This document shows, one piece after another, positions 24,245-35,850 of a stretch of 64,000 nt of DNA. The number at the start of each line of letters is the position of its first letter. Within the stretch, counting starts at the first letter, position 1. The translations under genes and the position numbers were made by a program. The notes beneath the pieces are model-generated. The model saw only the letters and a list, made by a program, of their open reading frames with translations, had not been told where the DNA came from and did no database searches. Location of the stretch: contig OX597832.1 of NCBI GenBank assembly GCA_951406725.2, positions 24,180,001 through 24,244,000 on the forward strand, in the 5' to 3' direction. The DNA is from Octopus vulgaris. Taxonomy: Eukaryota.

Positions 24245-24292
<48 letters not shown>

Positions 24293-24392
24293 CCTTGGAC
24301 AAGTGTCTTCTACTTTTGCCTCGGGCCGACCAATGCCTTGTGAGTGGATTTGGTAGACGGAAACTGAAAGAAGCCCTTCGTATATATGTATA

Positions 24393-24443
<51 letters not shown>

Positions 24444-24660
24444 GTGTGTGTGTGTGTCTGTGTTTGTCCCCCTAGCATTGCTTGACAACCAATGCTGGTG
24501 TGTTTACGTCCCCGTCACTTAGCGGTTCGGCAAAAGAGACTGATAGAATAAGTACTGGGGTTCCAAAGAATAAGTCCCAGGGTCGATGTGCTCGACTAAA
24601 GGCGGTGCTCCAGCATGGCCGCAGTCAAATGACTGAAACAAGTAAAAGAGAAAAAGAGAA

Positions 24661-24720
<60 letters not shown>

Positions 24721-25179
24721 ACACGAGTGTACATGCATGCATGCAATCTCTCAAACAAGTTTTATTCTAAGGTAACAAACTTAAGTGCATTGGCGACAAT
24801 AACAAAGAACAGCAGCAGAATGACAAATGAGGTTGAGCGACCCAAAGGGATGAGGAAGGAGAGAAAGAGGGCAGCAATGGTGTTTTGTAAAGTATATGCA
24901 AGGCAATTATTGTTTGAAGTCGTTTGCTTATTTAATGTTATCACAGATCATTTCACGTACATTGCCGAATTTTTATAGGTTGGCGTAGATGTGTTTATAT
25001 ATTTAAGTTTCTTATTTGTATAGCTGGAAAGTCTCTTAGCAATTTCAGTGTTTCGAAATAGAATTGTCTTGTTTCAGAGATGCATTTCTTATCATTGAAT
25101 TAAAGAGTTTCTTGCCAAAATTTTTGTTGTTTTTCTATGTTAGAAACAGATGGATTAATCATTAAATTTTGCCTAAAGA

Positions 25180-25420
25180 TTATTATTATTATTATTCACT
25201 TCTGATTTATCTATGTCACATCTCAGCTTAGAGACGCAGCATTTTCCTCATAACTTGAGCTGTCCCGAGTATTGCTTGCCAAATTTGTTTCCTACAAAGT
25301 TCAGTATTTGCCGCTTTGACACCAGAATATTGCTCTCTTTGAAATGGTCCCAAGTGCACCGATCACAATAGGTACCACACTCACTTTTGCCACCTTATGG
25401 ATTTGTTTCACTTTCATTGC
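25180..25420 (-). mobile_element. R4/Dong-clade LINE 3' end (RLE domain) with (TAA)n tail
   Basis: Minus strand encodes VSVVPIVIGALGTIS...AILGTAQVMRKML*, then a short UTR and (TAA)n. Confidence 0.75.
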
Positions 25421-25681
25421 TAGGGATTATTATTATTGTTCTGCCTGAATGCCAGTGACCCCTGACTGGCTCCCGTGCCAGTGGCATGTAAAAAGCACCA
25501 TTCGAATGTGGTTGATGTCAGTGTCGTCTGACTGGCTCCCATACCGGTGGCATGTAAAAAGCACCATTCGAATATGGTTGATGTCAGTGTCGTCTGACTG
25601 GCTCCCATACCGGTGGCATGTAAAAAGCACCTACTACACTTTTGGAATGGCTGGTGTTAAGGGTATCCAGCTGTAGAAAAC

Positions 25682-26253
25682 ACAATCCAAAAAAGAATAT
25701 TCACTAAAAAAAGCTAACGGTGTCTGTTTGGTGGTCAAACGCTGGTGACATCCACTTCAGCTTCATGAAATCTGGTAAGTCAATTACAGCAGATGTATAC
25801 TTCAACCAATTGGATGAAATGATAAGTGAACTTGCAATTAAACAACTGAGATTGGTCAATGGAGACAGGCCAATTCTCTTGCAAGACAATACTCGACCAC
25901 ATGTTGCACAAATAACGCTACTCAAGTTACAGGAACTGAACTTGGAAGTACTCTGTCACCCACCATATCCGCCAGACCTTGCACCAACTGATTGCCACGT
26001 TTTTCAGGCATTAGACAACTTTTTGAAAGGAAAAAAAACTTAAAATCTGAAGATTAAAAAACAGCCTTTTGTGATTTCCTCACCCCTTGTTCTCCAGAAT
26101 TCTTCACTGCTGGCATAAATAAGCTACCAATAAAATGGCAAAACTGTGTTGATAATTTAAGTGCATTCTTTGATCAACTGCATTGCTTTTTGCTGAGATA
26201 AAGTAAAATAAACTTTCAGTTTGAAATCGGACATTTTATTCTTAATGACCTGA
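25682..26253 (+). mobile_element. Mariner transposon 3' half (DD34D transposase pseudogene fragment)
   Basis: SVWW, LLQDNTRPH, HPPYPPDLAPTD with 34 residues between the Asp positions; frameshift/stop at 26043; TIR-like end ...AATGACCTGA|TA. Confidence 0.9.
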
Positions 26254-27355
26254 TATAAAAATGCCAGTTGATAACGACCTTGGTATGAGAATAATTTTTA
26301 AGCTTATAGCTCAATACATGCTTATTGCTTATGCATGAGCGATATAAATGTAAAATGTAATCAATCAAAACAATTAAGAGAATGTTAAATGTTCTGATAT
26401 TAATGAGTCAAGAAACGAGAAATTCTGTTTTGTCATAATGACATTTAAATGAGCTTTCTGAAAATTCTGTCATCATCATCATCATCGTTTAACGTCCGTT
26501 TTCCATGCTAGCATGGGTTAGATGGTTCGACCGGGGTCTTGGAAGCTAGGAGGCTGCACCAGGCTCCTGTCTGATCTGGCAGTGTTTCTACAGCTGGATG
26601 CCTTTCCTTACGCCAACCACTCCATGAGTGTAGTGGGTGCTTTTTACGTGCCACCAGCACAGGGGCCAGATGAGGCTGGCAAATGGCCACGATCATGTAG
26701 TATTTATTTATGTATAGATTATGGGTGCAGGTGTGGCTGTGTGGTTACGATGTTATCTTCCTAACGACAAGGTTTCAAATTCAGTCCCACTGCATGGCAC
26801 CCTAGGGAAGTGTCGTTTTTTTTATAGCTGTGGGCCAACGAAAGCCTTGTGAGTGGACTTAATAGACAGAAACTGGAAGAAGCCTGTCATGTGTATATCA
26901 TCATTTAATGTCTGTTGTCCATGCTGGCACAGATTGGATGATTTGATCAGAGCTGGAGAGCTGCACCAGGCTCCAGTCTGATTTGGTTTGGTTTCTATGA
27001 CTGGATGCCCTTCCTAATGCCAACCACTTTACAGTGTGTGCTGGGTGCTTTTATGTGGCACCATGAGTGTTTTTTACATGGCACCAGCACAGGACCCTTG
27101 CAAGCCAATCCTCCCCACCAGGGGGCACTGGCCTTAACACTGCTGTGGTGTATGGATCTTCTTAAGAACAACAAGGTGCCAAGTTATATCATCATCATCA
27201 TTGTTTAACGTCCGTCTTCCATGCAGGCATGGGTTAGACAGTTTGACAGGAGCCAGGCAGGCAGAAGACTACTCCCAGGCTACTGTGTCTTTTTTTGGCA
27301 AGGTTTTTTACAGCTGAATGCCCTTCCTTACACCAACCACTCTGCTGAGTATATT

Positions 27356-27420
<65 letters not shown>

Positions 27421-28472
27421 TGTGTGTATGTTTGTATCTCCTTGTGCTGGTATTGCTTGTTGGTTTGCAAATGAAATTGTATACAAGCAACAGTGTCATT
27501 CATTTCTTCTCGTGTAGAAATATTACCTTGCTTGGAAACAGGTGAGGGTTGGCAACAGGAAAAGCATCTGGACTTAGAAAATCTTCCTTAATAAAATCTT
27601 TTCACTCTGAGGCAAGAGTGGAAAAGTGAGACATAAATTTTCTCATCACCCAATTCAGAGAAGAGTATATATACAGCCTTTTTTGAGCACAATTTTGCCC
27701 CCTAAGGCTGAGTTTGCCTTTCAAGCATCTGGGGTTCATTAAAAAAAAAAATGTACCAGTCAAGATACTGGGGTAAATTTAACTACCTATTCCCATACCC
27801 CCTCTCCCACACAATATGTGATCTTCCAGTGTTAGAAATCAATATTAGAGCCTGTGTGATCCTAATTGATTTAGTCAATACCGGAATAACAAAGCTGTCC
27901 CAGTGCTAACTGGTGGTATACTGGAGGCTGTCCAATGTTCTGTTTTGAAAAGGCCATCTGCTGGTTTACCAGGACAGTGGATATTGTTATTCACAGGGTT
28001 CCTACTGGAATGACATCACTATATCTATTGTTGGGCTAGCATTGCTAGTGTATATCTTTTCACTGGGATAACATAGTAAATGTACCTGTTTATTATTGGG
28101 TTAACAACAGTGTTATTGTGTCTATCGATCACTCTTTTACATGTTTCAGTCATTTGACTGTGGCCATGCTGGAGCACCACTTTTAGTCGAGCAAAATGAC
28201 CCCAGGACTTATTCTTTGTAAGCCTGGTACTTATTCTATCGGTCTCTTTTGCCAAACCGCTTAGTTACATAAACACATCAGCATCGATTGTCAAGCGATG
28301 TTGGGAGGGACAAACACAGACAAACAAACATACACACACACATAAATACATATCATCATCATCATCGTTTAACGTCCGTTCTCCATGCTAGCATGGGTTG
28401 GACGGTTCGACCGGGGATCTGGGAAGCCAGAAGGCTGCACCAGGCTCCAGTCTTACACACACACATACATAT

Positions 28473-28525
<53 letters not shown>

Positions 28526-30738
28526 CACATACATATATACATACATACATATATACATACACACATACATATATACACACACACATATATACAACGGGCT
28601 TCTTTCAGTTTTCGTCTACCAAATCCACTCACAAGGCTTTGGTCAGCCTGAGGCTATAGCAGAAGACACTTGCCCAAGGTGCCACGCAGTGGGACTGAAC
28701 CTGGAACCATGTGGTTCTACTGGGATTGCTGGGCTAACATTGGTTCTGGATCTATCATTACGATAGCACTGTATGTATATCTGCTTATGGGCTAACATTG
28801 TTACTCTATATGTATATTGCTGGGATAACATAGCATTATGTAATATGTACTTTTTTTTCTTTTTTTTATCTAAAATTTTTAATGACTGTAAAGTGATTTT
28901 GAAAGATTTGACTCTTGTTTCTAGCAAGTGAAGTGTCCACATTAAAGCACCGCTTGTCAATATGAAAAGGCAAAGTCGGCCCCAAATAAAGACTAAACAT
29001 TTAAACGTATTCCCTCTTTCTCTCTCACTGATCCTCACCTGTTATTCCAACATTCCTCTACATCCATCAATTCTTGGATTTTTTGGTCGACGTGAAAATA
29101 TTTCTCGACGTGTTTTGTGTGTGTGTGTGCGTAAAAATATGTATGCGTTTCTTGGTGCGCACGTGTGTTTGTTACCATGTTTACGCGTGTGTGCGGTTGT
29201 TTAAGCGACAGATTAATCCAAGCTCTTCTAGTGCTGACCATTCCGGTTCTGTTTTTTTCTTAGCAGCTTTTTGGCCTACATTGCTTTAATGCAGGGGTCG
29301 GCAGAATTTCTTATCTCGGTGACCTCTTCGTGGAATTGTCGATAGCTTATCGACCCGCCCCCCTCCCCGATATTTTCATTTTTATCTTTTAATCTTTTAC
29401 TGGTTTCAGTCTATCGACTGCGGTCACGCTGGGGCACCGCCTTGAAGAATTTTAGCTAAACGAATCGACCCCCCCCCACGTACTTTATTATTATTTTTTT
29501 AAAGCCTCGTACTTATTCTTATCGGTTTCTTTTTGCCCAACCGCTATGTTACGGGAACGTAAACACACCACCAGTTGTTAAACGATGGTGGGGGACAAAC
29601 GAACACACACATGTGGTATTTGGCTGCTATTTCTAGCAAGTTGAACGACCGAGCAGGTACTACTGTGTGTTATTTGTGTCTATATTTAAATGTATACTTT
29701 TTACACTCTCATTCTTTTTCATTGTCTGTCTTCTAAAAAAAAATTAGGGCAATATTTTCCATGACGGCAGGAGCTTGCAACAGTTGAGAAGGGGCCGGGC
29801 AGATTGTCATGTTTGATAGAATGAGGAATGCTTTTAAACTTGTTCGACGCCGGGTGACGAAGAAAGAATGTCTGATCGAGAGTGGTGGGCGTGTGGGGGT
29901 AAATTGTTCGCTGATTTGGGTTTAAGGTGTTGATTGAGAGGGGTGGGGTGGCTGTGACCTCTGGTGGCGATCTTTGATTTGCTAAAATTAATAGACGACT
30001 CTCATTCAAACCCACTCGTTACGTAAAATGGGAATGCACTATGTTTGCTCTCGTCCTGGTTACACCAATGTCTGATCCGACAAATATGGTTCTGACGGAA
30101 CGGTCACAGAAGAAGCGCCGTTGAACAGGTGTTTTGCTGCACCAGAGCTGCCTGATAAGGGGGCAGGGGTTTAAGAAGGAATGGAAAAAAAGAAAAAAAA
30201 AGAAAGAAGCAGGAAATGCTACGAATTCCTCATTACTATATTATCCATCTATTTTCTCCTGGCACCGTTTCGGGAGTGGGACAAGAGTCCAGGCATCTCC
30301 ATAGAGACCTATCAAAAGTAACCGTCATTATACTTTCCGGTTGAATTTTCAAGCGCGATCGACTAAGGATGTGGATTTTTATCCAACCATTTCATTCTTG
30401 GTCTATTCTTCAGTGTCCTGCCGGTTTGGCTCGGTTTTTTAAGAATCCGTTTTGCGATCTTGTCCTGCGACGACCTAACGCACGTCCGTTATACCGGAGC
30501 TGTGATCTTTCGATGCAGAGAAATAGCGGTTCGACCTGAGAGACACTCTGATCTCCGAGCTACACTCTCTGTCGAGGAGGAACCCCCATTTCGGCCGCTT
30601 GTATTCACGATCTTATTCTTTCAGTCATTCATTAGCCCAACATTCATTGACCATTAGGTGAAAATAGACACGAAGAAAACCGAATAAGAGATAGCAATTT
30701 ACTATTCTCCTAATATATATATGTGTGTGTATGTGTGC

Positions 30739-30802
<64 letters not shown>

Positions 30803-31231
30803 TTATAATTTCCGAACGAGGCCTAGTTTAAAGAAATCGATTTTGTTGTCGCTTTGTTCATCGTGGCGATCGAGTTACCTGGAAAAACAATAAGCATAGG
30901 CAAAGGAGATTTCTAGCATTTCAGACAGGTGTGTCTGTGTGTAGGTGAAGAGAATCGCACGAGAAAGGTTGCGGTGTGGAGGAGCGAGATCGTCATGTGG
31001 GATAACGCGCGGATAGTAATTGATCGGTTTTATAGTTCGATGGAATCGATAATCCTCTACTCTACCTTTACCTACGACCTACGTTTAAACCGTCGAGGAA
31101 TGTGTAAAAGTGGATCAATTTTTAGACACACACACACAGATTTTGCAAGGCTTTGAAGGAATGCCTTGCATCAAATCTGTTGCTCGTCTTCAAACTGAGC
31201 ACCGGGATGTTACTAAGTGGATATTAGGTTG

Positions 31232-31854
31232 GCTAGAAATAGCAGCCAAATCTCCTTCAAACCGCATCCTGTTTTAAAAAGGTAGCTTCAAACCGCATCC
31301 TGTTTTAAAAAGGTAGCTAGAAATAGCAGCCAAATCTCCTTCAAACCGCATCCTGTTTTAAAAAGGTAGCTTCAAACCGCATCCTGTTTTAAAAAGGTAG
31401 CTAGAAATAGCAACCAAATCTCCTTCAAACCGCATCCTGTTTTAAAAAGGTAGCTTCAAACCGCATCCTGTTTTAAAAAGGTAGCTAGAAATAGCAGCCA
31501 AATCTCCTTCAAACCGCATCCTGTTTTAAAAAGGTAGCTAGAAATAGCAGCCAAATCTCCTTCAAACCGCATCCTGTTTTAAAAAGGTTGCTAGAAATAG
31601 CAGCCAAATCTCCTTCAAACCGCATCCTGTTTTAAAAAGGTAGCTAGAAATAGCAGCCAAATCTCCTTCAAACCGCATCCTGTTTTAAAAAGGTAGCTAG
31701 AAATAGCAGTCAAGTCTCCTTCAAACCGCACCCTGTTTTAAAAAGGTAGCTAGAAATAGCAGCCAAATCTCCTTCAAACCGCACCCTGTTTTAAAAAGGT
31801 AGCTAGAAATAGCAACCAAATCTCCTTCAAACTGCATCCTGTTTTAAAAAGGTA
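31232..31854. repeat. Minisatellite: ten 53-bp units plus three 31-bp truncated units
   Basis: Unit GCTAGAAATAGCAGCCAAATCTCCTTCAAACCGCATCCTGTTTTAAAAAGGTA; order (AB)x3 then Ax7. Confidence 0.95.
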
Positions 31855-32409
31855 TCGGATTATCTTTCTATGTTTTGAGTTCAAATTCCGCCGAGGTTGA
31901 CTTTGCCTTTCATCCTTTCGAGATCGATAAAATTAGTACCAGTTGAGTACTGGGGTCGATATATTAGACTTATCCTTTCTCCCCAAAATCTCAGGCCTTG
32001 TGCCTATAGTAGAAAGGATTATTATTAAGGCGGTGAGCTGGCAGAGTCGTTAGTACGCTGGGTAAAATGCTTAGTGGCATTTCATCCATCTTTACGTTCT
32101 GAGTTCAAATTCTGCCGAAGTCGACTTTGCCTTTCATCCTTTCGGTGTCGATTAAATAAGTACCAGTTACGCACTGGGGTCGATATAATCGACTTAATCC
32201 CTTTGTATGTCCTTGTTTGTCCCCTCTGTGTTTAGCCCCTTGTGGGTAGTAAAGAAATAGGTATTTCGTCTGTCTTCGTGTTCTGAGTTCAAATTCTGCC
32301 GAAGTCGACTTTGCCTTTCATCCTTTCGGGGTCGATGTAATCGACTTGCCTCCTCCCTCCAAATTTCCGGTCTTGTGCCTTTTTAGTAGAAAGGATTATT
32401 ATTATTACT

Positions 32410-32644
32410 ACCCCCCTTTTGACCAGGCTCCCGTGGCCTTTATGGCTTTTCCCACGTGAGACCTTTTCTTTTTTTCGAAGTGTCTCCTTTATTGGGAATT
32501 TTTTTGTTGTTATAACTGCTTTTTACTAGGTTTTTTTTTTTTTCCACAAACGGACAAAACCTTTTGTAACCTTTCGTCCTGTTTTGTCCCTTTATGTTTT
32601 CCAATCATTTTTTTGTCAGCCCTTGTGGCCAATTAAAAGAATTA

Positions 32645-32680
<36 letters not shown>
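32410..32680 (+). mobile_element. Probable L1/Tx1-type LINE 3' UTR remnant with (ATT)n tail
   Basis: T-rich stretch ending CAGCCCTTGTGGCCAATTAAAAGAATT(ATT)n, resembling the tail of one family 2 SINE subfamily. Confidence 0.45.
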
Positions 32681-35600
32681 GAGCGCTCTTCATTTCATAG
32701 CAACATCGATGTAATTCCGGTTGAAGTCACGATACAAAATCAGCGGAATTAGAGCTAAACAACAAATGAATATACGGTTAGCTAAGCACAGCACATAACT
32801 AGATTGATCAAGTGCTAGCGATGGCAACGGGGGTGAGGTTTAATCTGATCTTTCTTCTACTCCGTAAACCGAGACCTTGTGGTGCGTGTCAACGTTATTC
32901 GTTATTACTGGGCGAGGGTGGAGTACTGCGTTTAATTTCATGACGTTTTTTTATTATTCTCTGTCGTTCACGCACGTCGCTTTGCCCACGCGATCCGTGA
33001 CGAAGCACTCTTCATTTTATATACAGAAAACCCATAAAGCTTTGTGTGTGTACGCTTGTATGGTAAATTACGTGTGTGTGTGTGCGAATTGCTCGTGTTA
33101 CTTCAGAACCTGTTTCTTTATTACCCACAAGGGGGCTAAACACAGAGAGGACAAACAAGGACAGATGAAGTCGATTACGTCGACCCCAGTGCATAACTGG
33201 TACTTATCGACCCCGAAAGGATGAAAGGTTAAGTCGACCTCGGCGGATTTTTGATCTCAGAACGTAGCGGCAGACGAAATACCTATTTCTTTACGACCCA
33301 CAAGGGGCTAAACACAAAGAGGACAAACAAGGACAGACAAAGGCATTAAGACGATTACATCGACCCCAGTGCGTAACTGGTACTTATTTAATCGACCCCG
33401 AAAGGATGAAAGGCAAAGTCGACCTCGGCGGAATTTGAACTCAGAACGTAACAGCAGGCGAAATACCGCGAAGCATTTCGCCCGGCGTGCTAACGTTTCT
33501 GCCAGCTCGCCGATAAATTAAGTACCAGTGAAACACTGGGGTCAATGTAATCAACTAGTTCCCCTAGGGCCAGTCTTGTCACATTCTGTGTCATGCTGAA
33601 TCTCCCTGATGTTAAGGGTTTTCGTGTCTGTGGAGCGCTCAGCCACTTGCATGTTAATTTCATGAGCAAACTGTTCCGTTGATTGGATCAACTGGAATCC
33701 GTGTCATTGTAACCAACGCAGTGCCAGTCACATAAATGTGTGTGTGTGTGTATTAAGAAGTTCCCAAACCTCAGGTTTCAGGTTCAGTCCCACTGCATGG
33801 CACCTTGGGCAAGTGTCTGATTCAACTACAGCCCTGTGCCGACCCAAAGCCTTGTAAATGGATTTGGTAGAGAAAAGTAAAATTGAAAGAAGCCCATTGA
33901 AGAGTGAGTGAGTGAGTATGTGTGTTTCTGCTTGTGCCCCATTGGTTTGTTTACGTCCCTGTAGCTTTGTGGCTCGGTATAAAAGACCACTAGAATAAGA
34001 GCCAGGCTTTAAAAAAAATAAATAAATAAATAGTTCCTGGGGAGGGTTGATTCATTCATTCAACTAAAAACACTTCTAAGCTGCAAGTCCAATGAGTGAA
34101 ACAAGTAAGGGATAGAAAAATAAAAGAAAATGTGTTTGCAATAGATTTTATGATCTCAATCTGATGTCACTGTCTTCACAAGCAATTCCATACGGCATCA
34201 CTGCCAACTGCATTTAAATAGGAGCTAAGTGCTATTCAACGACAACAACAACAACAGCAGCAGCGGCAGCAGAAGCAGCAGTCACCGCATATAAACTGCA
34301 ATTCAGAAGAGATTATCTCACCCTGCGATTCAACCGACACCAATCAGATGCACTTCTCACACGATTATATATTTGCAGTCCATTGACTGTCCTTCAAGAA
34401 CCACACCATCTGTCTGTTTTACTTTAATTGTAACTGCCTGGCAGGCAACACTTCTCTTTCCTCGCCATCCATCCATCTATTTATCTATCTATCTATCTAT
34501 TGAGCTAGCTAGCCTTCCTTTCTCCTTTTCTTTTGACACTGCTCTCCAGCAATATAATTTACCTGCTGCAAGCTTTATGCTGTCGTGGTTCATTCTGACA
34601 TGTGTGTGTGTGTGTGTGTGTGTGAAGTGGCAGGAAGAATAAATGATGTCATCTTTGGAGACATCTCCTTACGATTGTCTTTTTTTTTATTCATTTACTG
34701 GTTTCAGTCATTGGACTACGGCCATACTGGGGCACTGCCTTGAAGTGTTTAGCATCATCATCAGAATTAATTATTATTATATTATGCTAGCATGGAAAAC
34801 GGACGCTAAACGATGATGATGATGATGATGATGATGTAAGGTAGTGAGCTAACAGAATCATCACAACACCGGGCAAAAATGTTTAGTATTTCGTCTGTCT
34901 TTAGGTCCTGAGTTCAAATGTCACCAAGGTCGACTTTGCCTTTGATCCTTTTGGGGTTGATAAATTAAGTACCAGTGAAACACTGGGGTCAATGTAATCA
35001 ACAAGTCACCCTCCCCCCAAAATTCAGGCCTTCTGCCTATAGTAGAAAGGATTATTGCATAATTATGTGTGTGTGTGTTTGTGTGAAGGAACATGGTTTA
35101 ATGGTTAGAGCATTTGGCTTATGATCGTATAATCATGAGTTCAATTTCATCATCATTTAACATCCGCCTTCCATGCTAGCATGGGTTGGACGATTTTGAC
35201 TGAGGGCTGGTGAACCAGATGGCTGCACCAGGCTCCAATCTTGATTTGGCAGTGCTTCTACAGCTGGATGCCCTTCCTAATGCCAACCACTCCAAGGAGT
35301 GTAGTGGGTGCTTTTTACGTGCCACCGGCAGTCAGGCGGCACCTCGCTCAAATCCTTTTACACATGTCACTGGCACAGGTGCCAGTTTAGTTGAGAAAAA
35401 AAAAAAGGTCCCAGTTAACTTATTTTGAAACCTGGCACTTATTCCGTCAGTCTCTTTTGCTGAATTGCTAGGTTACAAGGATGTAAAGAAACGGGGTGGG
35501 GGGGAGGCAAACAACCACAAAGACATACAAACAAATGCAGATATACACGTACATGTACACACACACATACACAAACATGCAGACATACATACATACATTT

Positions 35601-35819
35601 ATACACAAAAACATATACAGACACATACATACTTTACTTTTTACTTGTTTCAGTCATGTGACTGTGGCCATGCTGGAGCACCGCCTTTAGTCGAGCAAAT
35701 CGACCCCAGGACTTATTCTTTGTAAGCCTAGTACTTATTCTATCAGTGTCTTTTGCTGAACAGCTAAGTTACAGGGACATAAACTCACCAGCATTGGTTG
35801 TCAAGACACACAGACATAC

Positions 35820-35850
<31 letters not shown>

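Larger units (their letters stand above)
28950..33520. promoter_or_regulatory. Intronic CpG-retaining island, putative internal promoter
   Basis: CpG is frequent in unique DNA and in SINE copies here but visibly depleted at 14.5-28.9 kb and beyond 33.6 kb. TTCCGGT motifs near 29241, 30335 and 32715. Confidence 0.55.

Noticed and set aside
30260-30660. Possible structured ncRNA (7SK, RNase P/MRP, snRNA)
   Set aside because: No diagnostic motifs recognised by eye; retained only as part of the CpG island finding.
31232-31854. CRISPR-like appearance of the regular array
   Set aside because: No unique spacers, no cas genes, eukaryotic context; it is a minisatellite.
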